Part shown: positions 11,788 to 25,436 of the stretch, piece after piece
How the letters are laid out: every line of letters starts with the position of its first letter
How positions within the stretch are numbered: position 1 is the stretch's first letter
Origin: Chrysomallon squamiferum
Lineage: Eukaryota; Animalia; Mollusca
Direction: 5' to 3'
Assembly: GCA_012295275.1 (NCBI GenBank)
Contig: CM022678.1
Span: 12,958,001 to 13,022,000 of the forward strand
DNA length: 64,000 nucleotides
Notes under the pieces: generated by a model
The model's database searches: none
What the model saw: only the letters and a program-made list of their open reading frames with translations
Told to the model about the DNA's origin: nothing
Translations under genes and position numbers: made by a program

Positions 11788-14700
11788 ACCCATGAATGGT
11801 AGGTAATAATATAGTGACAAAAAGATTAAGTAACCAAATAATATCAAAAAATAATAATAATAAAAACTATAAATCAAGATAAAACCATATGAATTGTTAA
11901 GTGAGTTTTACTAAAAAGTATCTGAGAAAGATATTCATACTGCCTTGTGGGCACATGTACATGCATAATCTCAGTATGCAGACATAAATCTATACGTCAT
12001 TTTAGCCAAAGATCGAAGTTGAAGTAAAGTTTTGTGAGTAAGTACCTGTGGAATGGCACAGAAGTTGAAGACACTCTGGTTGCGGAGGTTTGACAGATAC
12101 ACTATACAGTCTGGCAGCAGCTGTAAGGCGTCTGTGATGAGTTCGTTCAAACAAAACACCGCATCTTGCCTCTTTGATTCTTTCATGAAGTCAGTCATCT
12201 TCTTAGCATGCTTGCCCCAAATCTGAAACATTTTTTTATTTTTCTCTAAATCTGACACCATACTGTATCTACTTTGATCTTTAGGCTAGCTTTATCAGAA
12301 GGTTGTTGTAAACATCTTAAGTTATTTCAAAAGCATGGCAATGAACTGACTGAAATGGTGATGACTGAATCAGTTAAAAGTGTTCATAAAGACAGACAAA
12401 CCAATAAACAGACATTTAGATAGACAAAAGATTTTCAAAGTTGTAAGAAAACTGGGAAGCTCTTCAAGCACTCTGGATGAACTTCCAGTTCTTATTATTG
12501 GATGAATTTTTATTAAAGACAAGTGGCTAATAATTTATGTATGGATGAAGAGAAGATATTTAGAATGACATGAAAATGTTTGTTTTTAAATACACACCTC
12601 TTTTGGCCAGAACTCTCTGCCTTCCTTGACATCCTCCAAGTAGTCTCGTATGATGTTAGTTTTCTGTAGGAATAACCCCATCCTGTTTGCCAGTTCCAAA
12701 TCCTTACCTACAATCTCGTCCTCCAATTTGCATGCCACAACCAATCTTGTTATTCCAATGCCCACAAGTCCAGCCACATAGTGACAGTACTACAATCAAA
12801 TATCAAAATAATAACAAAATGAACACTTTTTTATGTGAAGGACTTTAGAACAGAAGAAATGAACAATTTAAAAATAATAACAATGATATAACGGATAGCA
12901 TTTTCAGTACTGCAATATATTGATACTATGTTGTTAGCAGAAAAATGTTTTGTGCAAGCACCTTCCCATGAACAGGAAAAAAAACACAAAAAAGTGAGTA
13001 CAATGTACAGAGTTGATCCTGTGAACTGTTATGCATCAGACTGATACCCTAAATAAAATATTTAGAAAATTTAGACTTTTTACTATAAACAAATATCAGT
13101 GTCATTTCTGCTGGTCTGTGATTCTTTAGAAAACACTAAACTGTTGTTTTACATCATTCTTACTTCCCCTACATGACATATCAATATAATTACCCTGTTG
13201 ATTACAGAATTTCTATTTATCCTACAACACCCACTGCAGTAATGTTAAAAATTAATATTTATTTTTCACCTTTTTTCTTTTACTGAGCCATGCATTACTT
13301 TCTGTTCATTTCATCAACATAATAAAATGATTAATGTTTAAGCTACTGGAAGATAAAATTGTAGTAGAAAACATTACAACATACAGAACAGCACGTACCT
13401 CATTCCATTCTTCAACAGTGTTAATTGGCCGATTCAGAAACACTGTCATACCTTTGCCCATTTTCATACAGATGTCAGAAATAATTGTCTGGTAACATTT
13501 GTCAAGCTGTCGAAATTCATGTGAAATCTGAAATAGTCACAAATAGATATTAGATTAAAATGTGTTTGTTATTGTTAATGGTTTTTAATGTGTGTGTGTG
13601 TGAGTGTGTGTTGTTGGTATGTATACACTACACCTTTTTTATTGTTATCGTTATCATATAGAAAAGTATCAAATCATATCAAAACATATTTATAAACATA
13701 TACATAAGCACGATGATAAAAAACGAAATTTTCAAAACCACAGAATAAACTGAGATATACTGTGTGATGATTTCAGTGTTTGAAACACAAGTTTTAATTT
13801 TTACTAAATGAATTAATACTAAACATGACAGGTTAGTTTTGTGCATTTCAGCAAGCTACTCACTTATATATTAACAAAACAAAAATAAAACAATTGAATA
13901 AAAACAAAATATAATTAAAAACATTAATTAAGTTCCAATAAATAAATAAATTAATAATAATAATAATAATAACAACTTGGAATTACAAAATATATTTCTA
14001 TCAGTTTTTTATCTCTTCAAAGTTTTACCAAACTGTAACCCTGAGCTCTTCTGAAACATTTTTAAAATTTTATATACATATATGTATTTATTTTTTTATT
14101 TCTTATTAACTCACTGTAGGAAAATCCTCAAGAACCATTTTGTCTTTTTCTGTGCTGTTCATGAACTTCCAGTCAGGATCTTGTAAATTCTTGTAAAAAG
14201 ATTTGAGCATTGGTATTTTCAGTTCATTTGGAATGGACATATCATCTTCAACTGTATCCAGAGCTCGTAAAACAAGATAGAAAATGCAAATGGCATTTCT
14301 GTTAAAAAATAAAAACAGAAAAAAATAAATGCAAAATAATAAAATGCAATAACATAATCAAAGAGAAAAATATTCTTTGATGTCAGAACAGTTTTTTAAA
14401 TATGTTTTATATATAACAATATTTAATATTTTAATAATTATATTAATAAGTACATCTACTTTTTAAATAGTCATCTGTGTAAGTGCATTGTTACAATTTG
14501 AAATCAAAATCATTAGAATGAGTTTTATTATTATACCTCAAGCCATCATTTCACTGACTGAATGCGAATAATAATAACAAAAATAATAACAGTAACAAGA
14601 AGAATGTGTACCGAAGATCCCCGTCCAGTGCTTGTATAACAGCAGCAAAACTTCGACTGGTTTTTGACAAGTATGAGTAGCATTTTCGTAGAGTTGGAGA

Positions 14701-14911
14701 CATTTTATCCTAAGATTAAAGAAATATAATTATATTTGAAGGGACGTTTCTTTCCTTTAATAGTACATATTCATTACAACAATTTTATTTTATTTTTTAA
14801 TCACTGACATTTAAATAATTTATGTTAACATCAATGAAGTATAAACCACATCTTAATACTATCATGTCAAAGCCAAATGCTTTATGCCTATTTTTTTAAA
14901 GAAAAACTATG

Positions 14912-14943
<32 letters not shown>

Positions 14944-15346
14944 TAATAATTAAAAATGTAAAAAATGTTTGAAATTTATTGTCACATAATATACAAGATA
15001 ATATTTTATAACAGCTGTTAGAAAACTGATATATTACAGAATACTGTCTTTTGACATAAATACGTTACTGTACACTGTAGTTTATTCTGCATTTAGAATT
15101 ATTTCCAAAATAATTAAGAACATATTTGGTTAGAACTGTATTAGAGGTGTATATAACTATATAGTATATTACGTCCCTATAAGTTAGCCGATAGAGACTA
15201 TTACTATATATCAAGAATAATTATTACCATTATTATTAGATACTTACAAAGTTGCATTTTGGCAGTACTGATTCACACCCTCCAAGTTTGAAACGGACCA
15301 AAGCCATTATTTCATCGGGATGTGCAAATGATTTTAAGAAATCCAT
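10806..15346 (-). CDS. FDFT1: Squalene synthase (farnesyl-diphosphate farnesyltransferase 1), complete, 414 aa
   Basis: Eight GT-AG exons on the minus strand: 15346-15248, 14709-14612, 14298-14115, 13527-13399, 12789-12598, 12222-12046, 11556-11404, 11018-10806 (99+98+184+129+192+177+153+213 = 1245 nt). Starts [13 protein letters not shown]. Contains [67 protein letters not shown] and a C-terminal hydrophobic anchor ([21 protein letters not shown]). Confidence 0.98.
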
Positions 15347-15592
15347 GATTAATTTAAATCAAAACAAATCTTAAAAGTCACCTGTCAAAACCGACGCGCG
15401 AACCACAAACCAAAATATGTTAGGAGAACAACAGGCTTTCTAAATTTGCAGTAATTATATTATCAGTTATATGCACTTTATCTTTTAGTGTGCAGTCATT
15501 TTTTAATTTAACAGAAGGACAAATACCTCAGTCGAACGATTAAAAATATTTTGTTAACCTGGCAAAAATCTGTTAATCTGTTTGGAGACCTA

Positions 15593-15736
15593 CTCGCACC
15601 ACCTCGCTAGGTCATTGCTATGCTTGTTTCCATTGAACGAAATCAAACAGCTGAGTCAAGAATAACCAATGACTTCAACGCTTATAAAAAGGTACTAAAG
15701 AAGAATAACTCTAACGAATCAAAACAGTAACACGTG
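15593..15736 (-). promoter_or_regulatory. FDFT1 proximal promoter candidates (SRE-like element, CCAAT box, E-box)
   Basis: CTCGCACCAC 15593-15602 resembles the SRE-1 consensus ATCACCCCAC. CCAAT 15666-15670 and CACGTG 15731-15736 follow. All lie 250-390 bp upstream of the ATG. Confidence 0.3.
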
Positions 15737-16310
15737 CTTTTAAAGCAGACGGGTTATCTGTCAGAATCGCAGCTTTGAACTGCTTTAAAAATCAGAAATT
15801 TGATTTAATGTCTCTTTTATGTAAAACACAGAAGCAATAATTTAAATATTTTTAACCAAATATTTAATTTTCCTTCAAGATAAAAATTGTCTGCAAGCTT
15901 CATATTAAATTAATTAATTATGGAAATGAAGTAGTACGCAGGAATTGGCGGTGTCCTGCTTTGTTGTTTCCAATTCATGTATGTTACTGCAGTAATACTG
16001 AGTCAGTTACGTTTATTAGCTAACCTTTGTCAAGTTTCTATCAGTTAAAATTAATATTTTATATTTTAGTCAGCTCCCATAAACAACACAAATATATATT
16101 ACGTTATAACAATAATAATAAAAAATAAAAATAAAAAAATAAAAATAAAAACGGAATAAATTATAGCTTTACATGGGGACGTACACGTAACACACTACTG
16201 TGGCTTGTATTCTATGCCTAAATAACAAATTGATTATACACTGAGATTTATTTTCCTTACATCGTTTGAAAAACGAAGATTAAAGATTGAATAATAATGT
16301 TCACCTATAT

Positions 16311-16363
<53 letters not shown>

Positions 16364-16561
16364 TTTCCGTAGACCATTACGTTCAATTGGTTATTAATAT
16401 TTTTAATATTCCATTTGAGCTTTAAAGAATTTGGTGGAAGATAATAATAACAATATATAAATCAATAAATAATACAATCACTTTATCACTTAAAAGTTAT
16501 TTGTAGATTTTAAAGGAATAAGATACACATATATACATATACTTTCATTGTGGAGGACAAA

Positions 16562-16565
<4 letters not shown>

Positions 16566-16652
<87 letters not shown>
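16566..16652 (+). repeat. (GA)n microsatellite
   Basis: Perfect dinucleotide tract of about 87 bp. Confidence 0.97.
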
Positions 16653-16654
<2 letters not shown>

Positions 16655-16875
16655 AACTTATAATTAATTTTTATTATTATTATTTTTATCTCCAGCAAGC
16701 TAAACATTTATTACGTTAATTTATAAAAGATATCTTTTCGATATGATATGGACCTTCTCATACAGTGGAAATCAAATATCACGGGTCTGAGAAAGGTGAC
16801 TGGGTGAGTGGAGGGTGACTGACATAAATGTGATCTCTGACGCCTCTGTGAGCACTCTAACTATTGGGATTCGGT

Positions 16876-16877
<2 letters not shown>

Positions 16878-16948
<71 letters not shown>
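16878..16948 (+). repeat. (TC)n microsatellite
   Basis: Perfect dinucleotide tract of about 70 bp. Confidence 0.97.
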
Positions 16949-16952
<4 letters not shown>

Positions 16953-17164
16953 TGTGTATGTAAAATTGTAAAATTAAACGTGTTTGTTTTGATTCACAGA
17001 AGAAGAAAAATAATCTTAACAAATAGAAAAATAAACACAATAATTTTAAATGAATGCGTTGGCAAGTACACACCCAAACACGCAGACAGAGACGTAATAA
17101 TACTCAGTATCTAATTAATGAAGTTAATATCGAATGTAATTTGTAACTTGTAACTCGGTATTTT

Positions 17165-17196
17165 CAACATGGCGGACGCTTCGCCCCTACTTCCTG
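17165..17196. promoter_or_regulatory. YY1-like plus ETS-like motif pair
   Basis: CAACATGGCGG 17165-17175 and ACTTCCTG 17189-17196 in a short GC-rich island. Confidence 0.3.
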
Positions 17197-17524
17197 TTTC
17201 TTTCTTTTCAGTCAGTTAATATTACACCACAGTCAGTTCTGAAAAGAATCTGATAAAAATATCTTTTCTTTTCTTCTTTTAACAAACGACATGTTATGTA
17301 AACACGATTAACAACGTCAGGGACTGCGCATATCTGGAGCATGTCGCAACACCATATTATTCATTTATTTTGCCCTGCTTATTCACAGGCACACGCTCGT
17401 ATAAAGTTACGTGTAGAATGACATTTAATGCGTCACTTAATGTCAAGTGTGAAATCTCTCGCTGGGGTTTGTGGATTGGAGGTACAACCTGTTTGGATAT
17501 ATATATATATATAATCCACAAACC

Positions 17525-17655
<131 letters not shown>

Positions 17656-18212
17656 TATTACGTTAAACACAAAATGAAGTTTCTACTGACATTGGTACGG
17701 AATACTTCATACCGACTGATAAACACAGACAAAACGATGGATACAGAGATCAACTATATCTTAGGATATTATTAAACGTGTATATTTATGCATGCGTAAA
17801 TGTAGACGTACAATACATACATTCATACAAATTTATGTATGTACACACCCACACACCCATACACGTGTAATATTATGTATGTGTATATATGCATTTTGAA
17901 TATATCAGTTTTTTCTGTGTTATACCAGTGTGCAGTAACAAAATCTCTGTGGCACAGTTAGATGTATTTTACGGTTAAAAAAATAAATACAGTATAATAA
18001 ATGGACGCTTTCATCTTAAAACAAACATACAGAATGTTTGAAATATCTTCACTGGTCATATTGTTCTAATTAATGTTAACATTCTCTTATTTCCATAAAA
18101 ACATATCTTCATTCAAAAAATATAAATAAGTAAAAAGAATTACAACAAAAATAAATAAATTTAAAATGTTAATAAATTAATTTTTTTCTCGACAAAGTGC
18201 CTCCGCATTTGA

Positions 18213-18261
<49 letters not shown>

Positions 18262-19163
18262 TGTAATAAACTGAATATTTCAACTAAATTGTGATCATAT
18301 CAAATAAATGTCTCTGAGATTAAAATAATTTTTATTTCTCTATAGACTGTCCTTATTTTGCAATATTAATGTCACTGCTTCAACAAAAATGATTCCCTAT
18401 TTCAATAAAAATAATAATAAATTGATTCTGTACTTCAAATAAAATATATTAGGCAAAAACGGGTCCGTACTTCAATTAATTGTCAAAGTAAGTCCATTAA
18501 AGTTTCTTCCTGTTTGATAAAAACGACTTCATTCGTCAGTGAACAAATCAAACAACACTTAAGTTAAAATATCAGAAATTTCAATTAAAAATGTCCTCTT
18601 ATAAAAAATCAACAACCCTAAAACATCCTTTATTTTTATTAAAATAAAGATTTCAATTAGAAATATGCTCTTACAATAAGAAAAAACATCGTCAAAATAA
18701 TGTTTAACGTCGTCTAAGAGAAAACAAATACTCTGAATTTTATTATTTAAGTATGACACGACGTAACAGTTATTTACATAAGTTAGTTCACTGACACTGA
18801 ATTACGCACACTTCTGACGTCATATTTGTAAATGTACTTTCCTTAATGCTGATGCTGTTCTAGTGCAATTAAATTTTTAAAAATAACTTTTGTTCTTAAC
18901 ACGTTTAGAATGTAAAGAATGTAAGGAATATAATATAAAACGATTTTATTATGAACAAAGATTAATTAATTTATTGTTAGCATGCGACAGCTATTCTTTT
19001 TTCGCTAATCCAAAAAGTTCTTTTCATAGATATATAGTCAAAACACGTAACTAACAGGTAAGGAGCAGTGGTTGGAAAAGGAAATTACTGAAAGTGTAAT
19101 ATGTCTTAGTGGTCTCAGTCTTTGACTATAAAAAACTAGCTTCTTCTTCTTCTGTTATTTATT

Positions 19164-19234
<71 letters not shown>

Positions 19235-19451
19235 TGTTGTTGTTGTTGCTGTTGTTGCTGTTTATGTTGCTACTGTTATTATTATTATTATTATTATTAC
19301 TATTATTATTTCACCTCCAGTCAGTGCCTTATGACAAGATTATCAAAAGTTGTTGGGAATTAATTGCTGTTGTAAAGAAGGTTTATCTAAAAATTACTTT
19401 GCTGCTAATTCTTGACTACAGCGAGTTTCTTGCTTTATTCTCATGTGGTCC

Positions 19452-19491
<40 letters not shown>

Positions 19492-19857
19492 TTATACAAA
19501 AGAGTAATTAAAAAAAAAAAAAAAAAAAAACGTTTGAAAATGAAATATATTGCGAAGACCGGACTGCATAACGTCTGTCCAGTGCGCAGAGGGAAGGTAA
19601 CGTGACCACGCTACTTAGAGTGAAAAGTGTGTAAATAAAAGCTGATACAAATCCGCAAACACTGCCCGTGAAAGAAGACATTAAATAAATAAATCATTTT
19701 CTGTTATCCCATGCGTACACAAAACTAAAACAAACCCGAGGGAGAGGATACCTTTGACTATTAGCAGAAAGCTTTCTTTATATTGCACCTTCTCAGAGAT
19801 ATAAATATTTACTAGATTCTTTGATAACAAGTGAGGTAGTACTGGAATGATATGAAA

Positions 19858-19892
<35 letters not shown>

Positions 19893-20442
19893 AGTTAAGA
19901 AAATAATAAAAATAAATAAATTAATTAATAAAATAACGTAAGAATTAACAAAAATAATTTTATAGGTATAATGAGCTGAAGTATTCGACAGTTTATAATT
20001 GATTATGTTAATACAAATAACAATACAGTGTGTTTGAAATTTGTTTATAGCCTGATGTACATAACATTAATTTAAAATTCACCAGTAAAGTTACTTTCTT
20101 ACTGGAAGGTATATACCAACTGGACAGTATATTTTTATAATCTGTGGATCTACGCACCTTAACTAGGGTACATTTTTATAATGATGCAATGATGATGATG
20201 ATGATGATGATAATAATAATAAGAGCAGCAGCAGCAACAGCAAGAACAACAACAACAAAAATAATAATACACTCACACATTCATATATACACAGTCACAT
20301 ATACATACACATTCATAAATACACACTCACACATACATACACATACATATACACACACGCACACATACATACACAAACACTATACATATGTATATATATA
20401 TATCTACATACATATACACACTTAACCCTGTGTACACACAGA

Positions 20443-20480
<38 letters not shown>

Positions 20481-21779
20481 CCTAAGCTTTTAATACACCT
20501 AAGCGGTAGTTCTAAAATTTCGTTTGTCAGCTGAAAAGCAAAGCAAAGCAAACACTGTCTGTGAACAAATCTAAGATAGATGTCACTGATAACATACAAC
20601 ATGTTTTTATCTCTTCAGCTATACAGTTATTTTCAAAACTATGTATTACGTCATTCAGAGAGAGTTAAATAAAATATTTCCTTTCACAAGATAATAAAAC
20701 TGAACTCGAATGAATATAACAGAGAGAAACTACGAGACCAGTTATTAATAATAACATAAATCATAATTTATGTTGTCTGGAAATGGGAATATTATTTGCA
20801 GTCACGTTAATCACGTATGTTTGATAAATCACGTAGAAAGTATGTATATTTATAGATGTATTTCTTATTTGTTTTAAACTTATTTTAAGACAGTCAACAA
20901 CACATGAACATCAGCTGTGTTCTGGTATTAATTTTTTGAACTTATTGTGTAAACGTATATTTAGGCAAATGTGTGTGCAACTAGTTAGATGTAATATGAT
21001 TTATATAATATAATATAAATATAAATATGGTACTATTACTGCTACTAATACTATAGTTACTACTACTACTACTATGACCAATATCGCTACTAACACTTCC
21101 ACCAGTACTAGTACTATCATCATTACTACTACTACTACTACTACTACTACTGTTCTACTGCTCTCAACATCACCACTAATATAGTGCTACTAAGACTTTA
21201 CTATTATTGCAACAACTATTACTATGATTTTAAAATTACAACCATTATTTCTATAGCTGCGACAAAGATACTATTAATATCAAAGATACTATTAAACTAC
21301 TATTACCATTCTATTATATATTCTCTCACTAAACTGACGCTTTTATTTTATTTTATTTTATTTAATATTATTTATTATTAATGCTATTGTCTTCTCTCTT
21401 TTTTTTATCTATAAAGCAAATACTATTAATTTTCATCAATAATTTTCGTCCACAACGACACTTTCACCGAGCGAAAAGACACGCACGTACACAATTAGCA
21501 TAATATAACCAGACAAAGCACAGTTCTCAGTCGCCGAGATTTCGTGGGGAAGGGGTGACCTTTTTAAAAACTCACATTTTTGTAAACAAACCCGTTTCCC
21601 GAGGAGGGAGAAAAAAAAAAGTAATCTTGCAGAACCGGACTGTCATTGCTCAGGTGTGTAATTACAGGTGGGACGTAAATAGCACACCTTGCACGCATTG
21701 GAGAGAGATAGCGATTCATTTGTTGCAACAAGGTGGATACGAAAAACACACATGAAACTTTTTACGTGGATAAGTTAGC

Positions 21780-21948
21780 TATAAAGGGTCTTTTGATATT
21801 GTTTCAAGTGCTAATTGTAATAAACAGTCAGTGTGTAGCAGGATTTGTGTAAGCGGGAGAAAGAGAAGCCATAACAAAAGAAGAAAAAGTTTTGAAATAT
21901 ATGCTCTAGCGTAAGACGAATTTTACAAAGTTTCAGCATACGGTAAGT
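21780..21948 (+). promoter_or_regulatory. Candidate TATA promoter with non-coding first exon (possibly of tetraspanin A)
   Basis: TATAAAGG at about 21780, then about 130 nt of unique sequence ending in a consensus donor ACG|GTAAGT at 21943. Confidence 0.35.
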
Positions 21949-22680
21949 ACCTTTCATATTTTTATTTATAAGTAACAGTTAAAGTTTATTTGTAATGCAT
22001 TTATGCAGCTTCGTTTCTGGTAAAGAAATACAGTTTAATGAAACTTCGCTTCCTAAACTTTCCATACCCATGGTTCTTCCGAGACATTTCGCTGACATAT
22101 TTAAAAAAAAAATATATTGATAGATAATATGAAAATGATGGAAACAGTATTAAATCTAGTGTTTTAAAATAAAAATTAAGCATTTAAAAAAAAAAAGAAA
22201 AGAAGGAAAACGAAATGTATTTTTCTTTTCTTAATAAGATGGAAAGAGAATTAAAAACCCTAGGTAGCAAAATTAAACATGATATCCTTTTGGAAAGTAT
22301 TATTAAGGAACAACAACTCATCATGACCTACTTATTGTTTACCCTTTGAGTTCAGTAAAATGCATAGTCACAATTATAAAATAAAATAAAATAAAATAAT
22401 AATAAATAAATAAATACAATAAAAATTCAGTAATAAGTTAGACATTTATAACTCAGTCTGTATGTTAATATAACTACCGTGAGATTTTAAATTAATTAAC
22501 TACACGAAGGTAATCGAGAAGTAATCCAGAATTATACTTACGAAAAACGCGGATCCAGTATTTGACAAAAAAGAAGGTCTTTCATTACGGTGAATATAAG
22601 TTTCAATGCAAAAATAATTTAATTACAGTAGAAATTAAGGAAGAATCAAGAAAGAAAGAAATAACAGAAATAACAACACC

Positions 22681-22720
<40 letters not shown>

Positions 22721-23227
22721 TTAATAATAATAATAATAATAATAATAAAGACATGGCCGATGGCGATCCTAGATAAAACTACATAAAACTGATTTTAATT
22801 ACTTTATTTTACTGCAATAAAAAAAAAAAAAAATAGAAAAAAAAAAAATAATAATAAATACAAAAATAAACATATAAGACAAATAAGTAAATAAATTAAT
22901 TAATAGCAAATAAATAAATAGAAGTCTACTGTATTCGTCAGATAATCTTTAACCTGTCTCATAATTTTACGTAACAAGTTACGCAGTATCTTCAGCATTA
23001 CAGTGATTTAATTATAGCATATTCTAAACAAGTGACACGCATGGCTACCTGCGACAGAGTAGTCTTCTCGAGGAATCGATGAAGAGACATGTAGTCCCTC
23101 AGGCGACAACAGTAATTACTGACAGAAATTCCTTTAACATCAACAGACAATTTATTCTTCTCTGTAGTGATTAATCAAAATTTTTTCGCTTTTGGCTATT
23201 TAGGGTCGAGCGGTATTTCAAAACAAC

Positions 23228-23269
<42 letters not shown>

Positions 23270-23447
23270 ATGTGTATGTGTATGTGTATGTTTGTGTGCG
23301 TGTCTAAATAATTATATATAATCCATTTTATTGCAAAGAGTTATGTCCCCTTAGTTTTGTTAACAATATTCACATCATCTGGAAAGACATAAACCTTTCT
23401 GGAATCTGATATCAGCAACTGTATATAAATACGTTAATACACTTACC

Positions 23448-23505
<58 letters not shown>

Positions 23506-23823
23506 TACAGACACATACAAATCATATATATATATTTACATCATGATAATAATTTATTTATTTATCATCAGTATTATTATCATTAAACTGATAATTCAAA
23601 ATCAGTACATCAGTTTAACAGTTGTTCTTTCCAATTTTTCGTTCCACCCCCCATACTCTAACTGTTCAGCAAACCGCAACAACATTAAAAACAACAGCAG
23701 CAACAACACAACAGTAAAAAGAAAGACATTTACACCACGATTATAATTTATATATTGTGCAAACTTGATCCATGTAAAAGGAATTAATTTATGTTGGTGT
23801 TTGTTTACCTTGTACTCGTTTCT

Positions 23824-23897
23824 GTCTGTTTATTATCTATGTGTATACTATTTTAAAAAAGTCTGTTTATTATCTATGTGTATACTATTTTAAAAAA
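23824..23897 (+). repeat. 37-bp perfect tandem duplication
   Basis: GTCTGTTTATTATCTATGTGTATACTATTTTAAAAAA occurs at 23824-23860 and 23861-23897. Confidence 0.95.
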
Positions 23898-23971
23898 GCA
23901 AATTGTATTTTTTACTTTATATAATACCATATCTTGACAAGAGTATATAATATGTACTAATAATGAACAGT

Positions 23972-24424
23972 ACACTCACACGTACACACACACAAACACA
24001 GACACACGAGACACACACAGACACATACACACACGAGACACACACACATACACACACAGACACATACACACACGAGACACACACATACACACAATAACAC
24101 ATATATACACACACACACATATACACATACACACACACACACAGACATACGAGACACACACACGCACACACATAAACACATACACACACAGACACCCGAG
24201 ACACACATACACACACAGACATACGAGACAAACACACACACACACACACACAGACACACACACAGACATACGAGAGACACACACATACACACAGACATAC
24301 GAGACACACACACATACACACACATACATACGAGACACACACACACAGACATACGAGACATAACACAAACACAGACACACGAGACACACACACACATACA
24401 CACACACAGACACGTACACACACA
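23972..24424 (+). repeat. CA-derived complex minisatellite punctuated by ACGAGAC / AGACATACGAG
   Basis: About 450 bp of (CA)n variants with recurring CGAGACACAC anchors. Source of the poly-CV ORFs. Confidence 0.9.
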
Positions 24425-24849
24425 GTTTTAAAGCAGTGCTATGTTAAGACTATGGCCTGTTCACTAGACTGTCAGGTGTCCTTTGACCTTCAGTCTTTCA
24501 CCCCACTACAACAGATAACAGACCTCATGCTACTGACAGGCATCTCGACTTCAGCCTAGTCACAGTCATAAATAATACAACCTGCTCTCAAAACTCATTT
24601 AGTCATTAGAATGATACATTTTATTACATCACTGGTCCTTCTACTCCGACAACAACAACTACTGCTGTACTCTTTCTAATACGAAACTACTACTGTTGCT
24701 ACAGCTAATAATATTATTAAAACTAGTGCTGCTTCTACAGCAAAAATTATTTCTAACATTAGTGTTACCATCTTATAAAAACCCCCAAAACAAAACAAAA
24801 AATATCAACGACATCATCATCATCATCATCATCACAACAACAACAAAAC

Positions 24850-24880
<31 letters not shown>

Positions 24881-25189
24881 TTAATATTATTAATTATTAT
24901 TATTATTATTATTATCATTATTATTATTATTATTATTATCAAATACCCAAAATAACGAAAGTTAATAATCAATGACGTTTTCGGAGTCTATCACACGAAT
25001 GACGCACCTACCTACGCAGTTATTCATAGACGAATATTTATTCACATTCTCTATCCACCCAGAAAGTAAAATGATCAAAACACACCCGCTGTATCACATC
25101 AATGGCCCCTCCCTTTACTGATAACGGTCTTTGTGACCTAAATATCCATGACAACGCGAACAGGTAGAGATATTATATCAGCTTGATAC

Positions 25190-25436
25190 TATAAATAGAT
25201 TGAACATTATCTTTTTGTTGTCACGATCTACGTATTGTCGCGCAGTACCTTTGTTGTATTTGTTGAGGAAGAGTATTAGGTCACGAGCTTCTTTTAAAAA
25301 AACATAATATCAGTGACGTCTTACTAAATCACATGACTCTGAGGAAAACAGAGATATTCAAAGGGTGTTGACTGCTGATCGGACTGTGTTGTACTGTGTG
25401 CTAATATTTATACAAACAACATCAGATACAGTAAGT
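25190..25436 (+). promoter_or_regulatory. Second candidate TATA promoter with non-coding first exon upstream of tetraspanin A
   Basis: TATAAATAG at 25190, TGACGTC and TGACTC motifs near 25314-25338, and a donor ACA|GTAAGT at 25431. Confidence 0.3.

Noticed and set aside
17169-17219. ORF MADASPLLPVSFFSVS* with a good start context
   Set aside because: Only 16 codons, with no convincing donor or downstream exons. Better explained as YY1/ETS motifs.
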